DNA of 64,000 nucleotides from an uncultured Gammaproteobacteria bacterium (GTDB lineage Bacteria; Patescibacteriota; Patescibacteriia; JAHIZJ01). Under the pieces are notes generated by a model. That model worked only from the letters and a program-made list of their open reading frames with translations. It was not told the origin of the DNA and did not search any database. The stretch covers positions 251,042 through 315,041 of the forward strand of contig CAYJKP010000001.1 of the NCBI GenBank assembly GCA_964371245.1, written 5' to 3'. Shown one piece after another: positions 48,387 through 57,704 of this stretch; position 1 is the first letter of the stretch; every line of letters begins with the position of its first letter. The position numbers were made by a program, and so were the translations under genes.

Positions 48387-50213
48387 CTATTTAATGTCGT
48401 ATACCCAGATCGAGTCGTCGATGATGGCAATTGGTGTATACGACTTGAGCCATGAATATTCGCCCGATTCAGAGTATAATCCAGAGACGCTGATCGCCAC
48501 GGCCCCTTCAAAATCAGGCAGGCGCTTAATCTCATCATTTGTCGGCGGTGAGGTGTGGTTGATCCCATATGCCTGAGGTTCAGCCGTTCCAAAATAGTGG
48601 AAGTAAATGAAGTTAAGATCGTGCTTATCCATATATTTCTTCAGACCGATCAAGCCCTGGCCCCAGTCTATGTTTGAATCGAGAAGATACTTGTGACCAT
48701 TTTTTACGCCGCCAACCGCCTCATTGAAATACGAGAGGTAATTTGGATAAATCGCTACCGAAGAGGCGAGGTAGAAGGCGGTCAGAACGATCAAGGCAGT
48801 AATCATGGGTTTGCGCCAGCGCTGGGATAATTTGAACGTGGCGAAGGAACCGATCCAGACGAAGATAAACGGATACACAGGCAAGAGATGACGGACGCCG
48901 AGATTGAGTTTGCTGGTTAGGGTCCAGATGAAATACGCGGCTGGCGTTAGGATCAAGATGTATTTGTCAATTGGTGCTCGCCGAAGTTTGTGATAGAAAT
49001 CGCGGAACCAACCGGCGGGTGGGGGAGTGGATCCTTCAACGACCCGGGAATGCCGCACCAGCCAGGCCACAAAAAGGGAAAGCAAAACGAACGTGAACAG
49101 CAGGGTAACCAGCGGCGTCTTAACCAGGAAGGCGATGATAAAGTAGTACCACCAGCCGACGCGCGAATACTGGCCGAGCAGGTATGAACTGTGTCCCCAG
49201 TAGTTGTGATTTGCCAGAACGGCGAAGCCCTTGGCAAAGGTATAGGCCGGCACCGGAACCGTTTTCGCCAGCCGTTCCGTCAGATGGCCAAGGGAGGTAT
49301 TGGTGTCGGTAATTTGATTGACGAATTTGAGCCAGAGCTTATCAAATTGCTGCGTCGATTTCCCGGGAGCGAAGCCAACCGATACCTCCGGATCACTGAA
49401 GGTCGTTTTGACCTCGAAGCCATACGTCGCCCAGACGGTGAAAAAAACAACGACGAGAATCATGAGGAGGCTCGGCCAGAATCGAGCCGGCCATTTCGGT
49501 TTTTGCCCGGTTGTGCTTGCTGGCAGCACATTCCTCGGCCAGCCCTGCCAGCGCGCGATGAGATAGTAGACCAGCATGAGCGGTATCAGGATGACCGCTG
49601 AAAATTTCGCAACCAAGGCTAAGCCAAGGATAAAGGCGAATAACAGCAAGCGCTTCAGCGTCGGTCGTTTCAGATAACGACTGAACATATACAGCGTTGC
49701 AAACATGAACAGGGCAATGCCGAGGTCGGTCGTAATCCAGCGGGCATGGGCGATGGTAGTCGGGTCAAAGGCATAGAAAAGCAACGCCAACAGACCGCCG
49801 CCAAGGCCAAAAAGCTCCTTGGCCCATTTGAAAATTATCAGGCCAAGCACTATACTGAGAAGCATGATTGGCAGGCGACCCCAGAAAAGCAGCCAGAAAT
49901 GATCCACGGTATTATGATACAGAAGCCATTGTCCGGCATACCACTGGTTATTTGAAAGCCAACCTGGATTTTCAGACAGCGGTGACAGCTTCATGAAGAG
50001 GAGCGGAAAGCCAGCCATCATTTTGATGAGCGGGGGATGCTCGGGATTGAGATGAAAATCCCACAGGCGGACATACGAGTACCCGGCGGCAATGTGTGGC
50101 GCTTCGTCGATGATCTGCGACGATTGAATCGCGCTCGTGATTTCGGCCGTGAACATGATCGCTAAAATAACAAGGACCACGACCCAGTAGTGTGTTTTGA
50201 AAAATTTAAACAT
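48387..50213 (-). CDS. GT39/GT83-like dolichyl/polyprenyl-phosphate-mannose-dependent membrane glycosyltransferase (PMT/ArnT-like)
   Basis: Start taken at MFKFFKTHYW. 'IIDEAPHIAAGYSYV...NPEHPPLIKMMAG' matches the conserved DE...HPPL loop 1 of GT-C mannosyltransferases. About 11-13 TM, C-terminal soluble domain. Confidence 0.7.
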   Translation of the reverse strand: MFKFFKTHYWVVVLVILAIMFTAEITSAIQSSQIIDEAPHIAAGYSYVRLWDFHLNPEHPPLIKMMAGFPLLFMKLSPLSENPGWLSNNQWYAGQWLLYHNTVDHFWLLFWGRLPIMLLSIVLGLIIFKWAKELFGLGGGLLALLFYAFDPTTIAHARWITTDLGIALFMFATLYMFSRYLKRPTLKRLLLFAFILGLALVAKFSAVILIPLMLVYYLIARWQGWPRNVLPASTTGQKPKWPARFWPSLLMILVVVFFTVWATYGFEVKTTFSDPEVSVGFAPGKSTQQFDKLWLKFVNQITDTNTSLGHLTERLAKTVPVPAYTFAKGFAVLANHNYWGHSSYLLGQYSRVGWWYYFIIAFLVKTPLVTLLFTFVLLSLFVAWLVRHSRVVEGSTPPPAGWFRDFYHKLRRAPIDKYILILTPAAYFIWTLTSKLNLGVRHLLPVYPFIFVWIGSFATFKLSQRWRKPMITALIVLTAFYLASSVAIYPNYLSYFNEAVGGVKNGHKYLLDSNIDWGQGLIGLKKYMDKHDLNFIYFHYFGTAEPQAYGINHTSPPTNDEIKRLPDFEGAVAISVSGLYSESGEYSWLKSYTPIAIIDDSIWVYDIK

Positions 50214-50595
50214 GGTTGATATGTTCAATAATGAAAAAGCTAGAATGCGCTTCCGCGAGTTTTTTGCCGATCGGATCGTTTTGGTAACGGTCAGTCTGGG
50301 GCTCGTTCTCACCGGCCTGGTCAGCTGGCTTGTGTATACGAAATTTCACCAACAGACGGAATTTGTACCCCTCCATTATAACATTTATTTTGGCATCGAT
50401 CTATATGGACCGTGGTACCAAATACTCACCCTGCCGGCCACCGGTCTTGGCCTTCTCTTTATTAATTTTATTCTTTCTTTTATACTATATAAACGGGTCA
50501 AGCTGTTCAGCTACGCCTTGCTGATCAGCCTGGATCTCTGCGGTCTCATGTTACTTGGTTCCGGCTGGCTCATCGTCAGCCAGTTGCTCACCTAA
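50197..50595 (+). CDS. Small integral membrane protein (3-4 TM) immediately upstream of mraY
   Basis: 132 aa, hydrophobic. 10-nt gap to mraY. Start may be the internal ATG (MVDMF.../MFNNEK...). Confidence 0.4.
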   Translation: MKNLNMVDMFNNEKARMRFREFFADRIVLVTVSLGLVLTGLVSWLVYTKFHQQTEFVPLHYNIYFGIDLYGPWYQILTLPATGLGLLFINFILSFILYKRVKLFSYALLISLDLCGLMLLGSGWLIVSQLLT

Positions 50596-50604
50596 CGAAA
50601 ATCG

Positions 50605-51657
50605 ATGAACATCGCCCAGGATTATCAAATAATAAAAATATTTTCGCTCACCGTCTTGTCGTTTGTCGTAACGATTCTATGGACTCCGGCCTTAACCCAT
50701 TTTCTGTACAAATACAAGCTGGGCAAAAAAATACGCGACGACAAAGCGGCGCCGATATTTTCGAGTCTCCACCAAAAGAAATCAGGCACGCCGGTCATGG
50801 GCGGACTGTTGATCTGGGTAACGACGTTTTTTCTGGCGGTGCTCATCTACTATTTAGGAAAGTACAGCGGTCTGGAGTTTTTTCAGAAGCTGAATTTTCT
50901 GACCCGGTCGGGCACGCTCCTGCCATTGGGTGCGTTGGTAGCGACCGCCATCGTCGGTCTTGTCGACGATTTATTGAACGTCCGCGGTATCGGTGCGTAC
51001 GGTGGTGGGCTGAAGATCCGCCACCGGCTCCTGATCTATACCGCCATCGCCGCTGTCGGCGCGTACTGGTTTTATTTCAAGCTCGATTGGGATGTCTTGC
51101 ATGTTCCGTTCCTTGGCAACTACTCCATCGGCTGGTGGTATATCCCGATCTTTATTTTTGTGATCGTCGCCACCTCGTTTTCGGTCAATGAAATCGACGG
51201 TCTTGATGGACTATCAGGCGGCACCTTACTGGCTGCGTTCGTCGTGTATTCCGTGATTGCCTATGCGCAAGGCCGGTACGAACTGGCCACTTTCTGCGGG
51301 GTGATTGTTGGCGCCCTGTTTGCCTTCCTTTGGTTCAATATACCGCCGGCCCGTTTTTTCATGGGCGATACCGGCGCGATGGCGCTCGGCACGACCCTTG
51401 GAGTTGTGGCTATGCTGACGAATACCGCCTTGGTGCTGCCCGTGATCGGCCTACTCTTCGTGATTGAATCGCTGTCCGTGATCATCCAGCTATCCAGCCG
51501 GAAGTTTCTCAAGCGTAAGGTATTTCTCTCGGCGCCGATCCACCACCACCTCGAAGCGATCGGCTGGCCGGAAACGAAGATCGTCATGCGTTTCTGGGTC
51601 ATTTCGGCCGTATCCGCGGTCGCCGGATTGATTATCATTTTAATAGACAAGACCTGA
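50605..51657 (+). CDS. mraY: Phospho-N-acetylmuramoyl-pentapeptide transferase
   Basis: 'VMGGLLIW', 'DDLLNVRG', 'NEIDGLDGLSGG', 'FMGDTGAMALG' are canonical MraY motifs. Confidence 0.9.
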   Translation: MNIAQDYQIIKIFSLTVLSFVVTILWTPALTHFLYKYKLGKKIRDDKAAPIFSSLHQKKSGTPVMGGLLIWVTTFFLAVLIYYLGKYSGLEFFQKLNFLTRSGTLLPLGALVATAIVGLVDDLLNVRGIGAYGGGLKIRHRLLIYTAIAAVGAYWFYFKLDWDVLHVPFLGNYSIGWWYIPIFIFVIVATSFSVNEIDGLDGLSGGTLLAAFVVYSVIAYAQGRYELATFCGVIVGALFAFLWFNIPPARFFMGDTGAMALGTTLGVVAMLTNTALVLPVIGLLFVIESLSVIIQLSSRKFLKRKVFLSAPIHHHLEAIGWPETKIVMRFWVISAVSAVAGLIIILIDKT

Positions 51658-51658
51658 T

Positions 51659-52159
51659 ATGTCGGCAAAGAAGCTATTAGTCTTCATCGGTAAGCCCGGT
51701 GCCGGCAAGACAACCTTAATTAACAAGGAGTTTCCCGATAAAAAAATAATTGACGTTTTGCCCTTCGTCATGTCGTACAAAGTAGCGGGACGGGTGCCGG
51801 AGGAGAAAACACTGGACGGCTATCGGGACATGTATCGTCATTTGCGGGAGTTGAATGACGATTTTGTTATTCTGGAGCTAGGCACTAACCACGCCGATTT
51901 TAATATTACGGAACTGAAAAAAATCGGTCAGATGTTTGCCGTTCAAGTCTTTTTATGCGTAGCTTCAAATCAGACCTTGCGCGAACGAATACAGCTGCGT
52001 GACAGGGGCGATGACATGGAAGCCATGGAGCGACGGCTTCAGCGCGTTTTTCCTGATGAACACATTATGCTGTTAGAGCGCGCAGGTTTGAGTTATATTA
52101 TCCTCGATATGGAAAAATCCTTAACATCGCTCCAAGCAGAACTCCAGAACCACAATTAA
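51659..52159 (+). CDS. Small P-loop NTPase / putative kinase (Walker A GKPGAGKTT)
   Basis: 166 aa, 'LLVFIGKPGAGKTTL' Walker A at the N-terminus, Walker B-like 'FVILELG'. Starts 2 nt after the mraY stop. Confidence 0.55.
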   Translation: MSAKKLLVFIGKPGAGKTTLINKEFPDKKIIDVLPFVMSYKVAGRVPEEKTLDGYRDMYRHLRELNDDFVILELGTNHADFNITELKKIGQMFAVQVFLCVASNQTLRERIQLRDRGDDMEAMERRLQRVFPDEHIMLLERAGLSYIILDMEKSLTSLQAELQNHN

Positions 52160-52179
52160 TTATCTATTAATTTATCCCT

Positions 52180-52536
52180 ATGAAACTAATAAGAGCGGCC
52201 GAAAAATTATGGGCTGAAAAAGAAGGATACAGTAAAAAAGTATTTCTGACTGAAAAGGATTTGAATTCTCCGGGTAACCATGTCCAGCTCATTAAAATAA
52301 AACCGCGCGTATCAGTGAGGAATCACTATCATAAAATACAAACTGAAATCTTTTATTTCCTGGACCAAAACGGTTACTTTGTTGTAAATGGGGAAAAGAT
52401 GGCAGCCGATATTGGTGATCTTATTGTGATTGAACCAAACGACCGTCACTATACGGTAAATAATACGGATAACGATTATGTGTATCTAGCTGTAAAAATC
52501 AATTATCAAGAAGATGATTTTTATTGGGAGCAATAG
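52180..52536 (+). CDS. Cupin-domain protein
   Basis: 118 aa. 'HYHKIQTEIFYFLDQNGYFVVNGEKMAADIGDLIVIEPNDRHY' cupin motifs 1 and 2 (H-x-H...E and H). Confidence 0.55.
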   Translation: MKLIRAAEKLWAEKEGYSKKVFLTEKDLNSPGNHVQLIKIKPRVSVRNHYHKIQTEIFYFLDQNGYFVVNGEKMAADIGDLIVIEPNDRHYTVNNTDNDYVYLAVKINYQEDDFYWEQ

Positions 52537-52657
52537 AGATAGAGATGTTCGACCTAGGGTGGCATTATTCTGAGCGTCGATTTCAGAAAATGTAACTAAA
52601 ACAACTTACTGTCCGAAACAGTTTATTTTTTTATGAAATTGGGGTATCATAATATGG

Positions 52658-54043
52658 ATGAAAACAAATTGGACGGGAAAACGCGTTCTGGTCATGGGCC
52701 TGGGTCTGCACGGCGGGGGAGTGTCAGTCGCCCGATATTTCGCGCGCCAAGGCGCAACGGTCACGGTTACAGATTTGCGGCCGCAGCGGATTCTCAGGCC
52801 GTCTTTGGACAAACTTAAGGGCTTGCCAATTCATTATGTTTTAGGCCGGCATCGAAGTGAAGATTTCGCTAAGGCCGATCTGGTGATCCAAAACCCCGGC
52901 GTGCCGAATAACTCATCCTTTCTCGCAGTGGCCAGAAAACATGGCGTGCCGATTGATAATGAAGCCGGACTTTTTTTTGCAGAAGCGCGCGGCCGCTTCA
53001 TCGGCATAACAGGCACGAAAGGAAAGAGCACGGTCTCAACGCTGGTCTATGAAATACTTCGGAAGCACAGGCCCGGCACGCTCTTGGCCGGCAATATCCG
53101 TACCACCGCCATGCTGGATATTATTTCGCGCGTGAAAAAATCAACCCCCGTGGTTCTTGAACTCTCATCCTGGCAGCTCGAAGGACTAGCTAAGCATCGG
53201 ATAAGCCCGCCCGTTTCTTTGATCACCAACATTTATCCCGATCACCTGAATCGTTACGGCTCATACCGGTCATATCAGGAAGCGAAAACGGTTATCTTCC
53301 GTTACCAAAAACCGGACGGCCTTGTCGTGCTGAATTATGACAATCCGATCACGCGCCGCTTCGGTCAACGAGCAAAAAGCCGGGTGATATGGTTTTCGTT
53401 GCAGAAACAGAATCAAGCCACCTGGACGGGTGCGTATGTTTCCGCTGGGACAATTTGGTATCAGGCGCGAAAGCGAAAAAAACCGGTGATGGCCACAACG
53501 GAAATTCAATTGCCCGGCCGTCATAATATAGAGAACGTCGTTGCGGCCGTTGCCTTAACCTCAACCCTCGGCGTACCAAGAGCGGTTATCTGTTCAGCCA
53601 TCCGGACGTTCCGGGGTGTTTCTGGCCGGCTCGAACTCGTTCGGTTACTCCACGAAGTGAAATATATCAATGACACGACCGCCACGTCGCCGATCGCGGC
53701 AAAAACGGCTATTGAAGCGTTAACCGGTCGCGGACCGATAATTCTGATCGCCGGCGGCCAGGATAAAAATCTCCCGTGCCACGATTTCATCCGGATGGTA
53801 AATCGACATGTCCACGCCGTCGTGCTGTTACCCGGTACCGCATCAAATAAATTTCGTAAACATTTCCGCGGTATTCCGGTCTATCCCGCAAGAACGATGG
53901 ACTCGGCGGTTCGCCGAGCCGCTCGTCTGGCGAAACCCGGCAGCCAAGTGGTACTCTCACCGGGAGCGGCCAGCTTCAATTTATTCAAAAACGAGTTTGA
54001 TCGCGGTGAGCAATTTATTAAAGCCGTAAAAAAGTTATCGTAA
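52658..54043 (+). CDS. murD: UDP-N-acetylmuramoylalanine--D-glutamate ligase
   Basis: 'VLVMGLGLHGGGVSVARYF', 'GITGTKGKST' Mur ligase P-loop, 461 aa. Confidence 0.9.
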   Translation: MKTNWTGKRVLVMGLGLHGGGVSVARYFARQGATVTVTDLRPQRILRPSLDKLKGLPIHYVLGRHRSEDFAKADLVIQNPGVPNNSSFLAVARKHGVPIDNEAGLFFAEARGRFIGITGTKGKSTVSTLVYEILRKHRPGTLLAGNIRTTAMLDIISRVKKSTPVVLELSSWQLEGLAKHRISPPVSLITNIYPDHLNRYGSYRSYQEAKTVIFRYQKPDGLVVLNYDNPITRRFGQRAKSRVIWFSLQKQNQATWTGAYVSAGTIWYQARKRKKPVMATTEIQLPGRHNIENVVAAVALTSTLGVPRAVICSAIRTFRGVSGRLELVRLLHEVKYINDTTATSPIAAKTAIEALTGRGPIILIAGGQDKNLPCHDFIRMVNRHVHAVVLLPGTASNKFRKHFRGIPVYPARTMDSAVRRAARLAKPGSQVVLSPGAASFNLFKNEFDRGEQFIKAVKKLS

Positions 54044-54044
54044 T

Positions 54045-55205
54045 ATGCCACTACCTGTACGTCGGAGCAATCGAATAGTCACGCAACGGAATTGGCACGC
54101 CCCAGATTACGTTTTGCTTGGCTTGCTTGGTACTATTGTTGTCATTGGTATTGTGATGCTGTCGTCGGCCAGCACGGTGGTCGGTTTTGAAGGATTCAAT
54201 GATCCGAATTACTATATCAAGCACCAGCTGCTCTATGGTATTCTAGTCGGCACGGTTGGGTTTTTTGTGGCCTCACGACTTGATTACCATATCTGGGATA
54301 AACTCGCGTTTCCATTATTGGTCATGACGATCATTGCGCTCCTCTTGGTGTTTATTCCGGGCATCGGACTGGGTCTGAAGGGGGCCAATCGTTGGATCAA
54401 TCTCGGCGCGTTCACGTTCCAACCGGCGGAAATGGCCAAGCTGACCTTTTTGTTATATCTCTCGAGCTGGCTCCAAAAGCGGGGCAGCGGGATAAAGAGT
54501 TTCTCGTATGGGTTTCTTCCGTTCGTCGTAATTTTGAGCGTCTTAGCTGGCTTGATCATTCTCGAGCCGGACTTCAGCACGATGCTGGTGCTCGTCTTTA
54601 TGTCGGTGGCGGTATTCTTTGTCGCTGGCGCGAACCTTGTCCATATGTCGTGGTTTGGCGCCATCGGTATTGGGTTGTTTTTACTGATCATTAAAATCGC
54701 ACCCTATCGGGCCGCGCGTTTCACCGTCTTTCTTCACCCGGAAATGGATCCGCAAGGGATCGGCTATCATATTAATCAAGCGCTTTTGGCGATCGGGTCA
54801 GGCGGCCTTTTCGGATTAGGTCTGGGTCATTCCCGTCAAAAATATAATTATCTGCCAGAGGCGCACAGTGATTCAATATTCGCGATTATCTCTGAGGAGC
54901 TCGGCTTTATATTTTCTGTGATTTTGATTAGCCTCTACCTGTTTTTAATGCTTCGAGGTTTTCGAATTGCCCGGCGCGCCCCTGATAATTTTGGTAAATA
55001 TGTTGCCGTCGGAATTACGATTTGGATCACCTTTCAAGCGGTCTTCAATATTGCTGCCATGGTCGGAGTCGTGCCGATCTCAGGCATCCCGCTGCCATTC
55101 ATCAGTCACGGCAGTACGGCCGTGGCGTTTTCACTTATTGCCATGGGCATATTAGCAAACATATCAAAACAAACAGTTATCACGCCAATGCCCGAGCGTC
55201 ATTAA
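54045..55205 (+). CDS. ftsW: SEDS-family peptidoglycan glycosyltransferase FtsW/RodA
   Basis: 10-TM SEDS topology. 'WINLGAFTFQPAEMAKL', 'ILEPDFSTM', 'LPEAHSDSIFAII' conserved SEDS motifs. Confidence 0.85.
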   Translation: MPLPVRRSNRIVTQRNWHAPDYVLLGLLGTIVVIGIVMLSSASTVVGFEGFNDPNYYIKHQLLYGILVGTVGFFVASRLDYHIWDKLAFPLLVMTIIALLLVFIPGIGLGLKGANRWINLGAFTFQPAEMAKLTFLLYLSSWLQKRGSGIKSFSYGFLPFVVILSVLAGLIILEPDFSTMLVLVFMSVAVFFVAGANLVHMSWFGAIGIGLFLLIIKIAPYRAARFTVFLHPEMDPQGIGYHINQALLAIGSGGLFGLGLGHSRQKYNYLPEAHSDSIFAIISEELGFIFSVILISLYLFLMLRGFRIARRAPDNFGKYVAVGITIWITFQAVFNIAAMVGVVPISGIPLPFISHGSTAVAFSLIAMGILANISKQTVITPMPERH

Positions 55206-55267
55206 AAACATGAAATTCACGGCCGGCGGGTCGTTGACGGAACTGTGATATTTGATATAGTTTAGGT

Positions 55268-56344
55268 ATGAAGATACTACTGACCGGCGGTGGCACGGGT
55301 GGGTCGGTGACACCATTACTAGCGGTCGCAAATGAAATACGATTGCAACATCCGGAAGCGGATTTTCTTTTCATTGGGACGCACAAAGGACCCGAAGAAA
55401 TCTTCGCACAAACGGCAAAAATACCGTTTCGATCAATTCATTCCGGCAAATATCGTCGTTATTTTTCATTGAAAAATTTGCGCGATCCGTTTCTGGTGCT
55501 GGCCGGTTTTTTTGAATCGATCTCAATCCTGCGGGCATACCGGCCGGATGTTGTCTTCGGGGCTGGAGCGTACGTGAGCGTACCGGTTATCTGGGCAGCC
55601 TGGTTCCTGGGCATACCGTCGCTGATTCATCAGCAAGACGTCAATAAGAGTTTTGCCAACCAGCTCTGTCAACGCGTGGCCAGTCGCATTACCGTAACCT
55701 TTGAGTGGTCGTTAAAAGATTTTCCCGGTAAAAAAACGCGCTGGATCGGCAATCCGATCCGTCCTGAATTATTGCAGGGCGACCGCGATCGGGGTATGAA
55801 GCTCTTTGGCTTGGATCCGGCCGTGCCGACGGTCCTGGTTTTTGGCGGTGGGACGGGCGCGCAAAAAATAAATGAGTTGATGGTCGGCGCGACCCTAAAA
55901 CTGACAGAACATTGCCAAATTATTCATCTCTATGGAAGGCAAAAAGAATTGATCCGCATAAATAACGGGCGCTATCATGGCTATGAGTTCTTGGCTGATG
56001 AAATGAAAGATGCTTTCGCGGTCGCCGACGTTGTCGTCTGCCGAGCGGGCTTAGGCAGTTTAACGGAAGTTGCCACGCTGGGAAAATCGGCCGTCATTAT
56101 TCCAATGCCGGCAACACACCAAGAAGCAAACGCCATGATATTCCATCGCGCCAATGCCGGCGTCATTGTCGATCAGCGCACCCTTGATCCAAACTTCCTT
56201 GTCAATATCATTATCGGGTTGCTCTCGAATAAAACCTGGCGGCAAACACTTGAAAAAAATATCCGGACACTGGTTCGGCCAGACGCCCGCCAAGCCTTAA
56301 CTGGTGAACTTCTTTCGCTCGTGAAAAAAAAGCATGGAACTTAA
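55268..56344 (+). CDS. murG: Undecaprenyldiphospho-muramoylpentapeptide beta-N-acetylglucosaminyltransferase
   Basis: 'ILLTGGGTGGSVTPLLAVANEI' G-loop 1, 'VVCRAGLGSLTEVATLGKSAVIIP' C-terminal UDP-GlcNAc binding motif. Confidence 0.9.
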   Translation: MKILLTGGGTGGSVTPLLAVANEIRLQHPEADFLFIGTHKGPEEIFAQTAKIPFRSIHSGKYRRYFSLKNLRDPFLVLAGFFESISILRAYRPDVVFGAGAYVSVPVIWAAWFLGIPSLIHQQDVNKSFANQLCQRVASRITVTFEWSLKDFPGKKTRWIGNPIRPELLQGDRDRGMKLFGLDPAVPTVLVFGGGTGAQKINELMVGATLKLTEHCQIIHLYGRQKELIRINNGRYHGYEFLADEMKDAFAVADVVVCRAGLGSLTEVATLGKSAVIIPMPATHQEANAMIFHRANAGVIVDQRTLDPNFLVNIIIGLLSNKTWRQTLEKNIRTLVRPDARQALTGELLSLVKKKHGT

Positions 56345-57704
56345 TACCGCGAATCACGTCTATTGCATCGGGATCGGCGGGATCGGCATTTCCGGTCTCG
56401 CTCAGATCTTGTATTGGCAGGGTAAGCCGGTCAGCGGGAGCGATCTGACGTCGTCGATAATTACTGAAAGCCTTCGTCGCGGCGGCATCCCGGTCGTCAT
56501 CGGCGCGCCGGCATCGAGTCATCTGCCTGTTGATGCCGATTGCGTTATTTATAGTTTGGCCATCCAGCCCGATCATCCGGAATTGCGCGAGGCGAAACGC
56601 CGTGGCGTCGTGGCGCTGTCCTATCCGGAGGCGGTCGGACAGTATACCCGAGATAAATATCTAATTGCCGTCTCTGGCACGCACGGGAAAACAACGACCA
56701 CGGCCATGCTCGGGCAAGTGCTGGTTGAAGCTGGTCTCGACCCGACCGTGTTAGTGGGCAGTCGGCTGGCAACATTTAACGGCAATGTCCGCCTGGGCAA
56801 AAGCAAATACTTCGTCCTCGAAGCGGACGAATTCGGCCGGGCGTTCCTTCAGTACCACCCGAACATGGCGATTTTGAATAATATCGAGGCCGACCATCTC
56901 GACGTGTATACGGACGTTGAGGATATCGAAAAAACATTCCAGAAATACGTCAATCAGGTCAAACCAGACGGCTGGCTAGTGGCGAACGCCGACGATCCAC
57001 GAATAGAGAATATTATAAAAAAGTCAGCGCGCCTGACGACCTCGTTCGGAATTGGTGAGGGTGAGTACCGCGGGGTACTCGAGCAATTGGTCGGGGAAGT
57101 GGTGTTTACCGAGCCTCATGTCGGCCGGGTCGTCCTTCAGGTGCCCGGGCGTCATAACGTCATGAATGCATTGGCGGTGATCGCGGCCAGTCAGATCCTT
57201 AAAATCAAACCGTCCGTGGTGAAAAAGGCGCTCGAAAATTTTCACGGTCTCTGGCGACGCTTTGAAATTGTCGGTCAATGTCAGGGTGCGCCGGTGATAT
57301 CCGACTACGCGCATCACCCGACGGCGTTTCGCGTCACGCTCCAGGCGGCTCGCGAGTATTATCCGGAAAAGAAAATAGTCGCCGTGTTTCAGCCGCATCA
57401 TCGCCACCGCACCAAGGCGTTATACGATGAGTTTCTGAATGCCCTGGAATTGTCCGACGAACTTATCTTGGCAGAGATCTATGATGTGGCCGGACGCGAG
57501 GACAACACCACCGCGGGCGTCAGCTCGCGGAAACTTGTCGAGGATTTGAAGAAACGGAAAGTGGCCGTCTCCTATGCCAAGGATATTGAGACCGCTGAAA
57601 CAATGGCGCGCCAGAAGGCAACCACGAACTCAGTCATTTTAGTGATGGGCGCGGGCACCATTGACGCCGTGGCCCGTCATTTAGTCGACAAAAAGAATGC
57701 CTGA
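56334..57704 (+). CDS. murC: UDP-N-acetylmuramate--L-alanine ligase
   Basis: 'HVYCIGIGGIGISGLAQIL', 'IAVSGTHGKTTTTAML' P-loop, 'DYAHHP'. Confidence 0.9.
   Translation: MELNTANHVYCIGIGGIGISGLAQILYWQGKPVSGSDLTSSIITESLRRGGIPVVIGAPASSHLPVDADCVIYSLAIQPDHPELREAKRRGVVALSYPEAVGQYTRDKYLIAVSGTHGKTTTTAMLGQVLVEAGLDPTVLVGSRLATFNGNVRLGKSKYFVLEADEFGRAFLQYHPNMAILNNIEADHLDVYTDVEDIEKTFQKYVNQVKPDGWLVANADDPRIENIIKKSARLTTSFGIGEGEYRGVLEQLVGEVVFTEPHVGRVVLQVPGRHNVMNALAVIAASQILKIKPSVVKKALENFHGLWRRFEIVGQCQGAPVISDYAHHPTAFRVTLQAAREYYPEKKIVAVFQPHHRHRTKALYDEFLNALELSDELILAEIYDVAGREDNTTAGVSSRKLVEDLKKRKVAVSYAKDIETAETMARQKATTNSVILVMGAGTIDAVARHLVDKKNA

Noticed and set aside
52633-52818. 61-aa ORF overlapping the murD start in another frame
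   Set aside because: murD has a clean ATG at 52658 with full-length homology. The overlapping ORF is Gly/Arg-rich and has no support.
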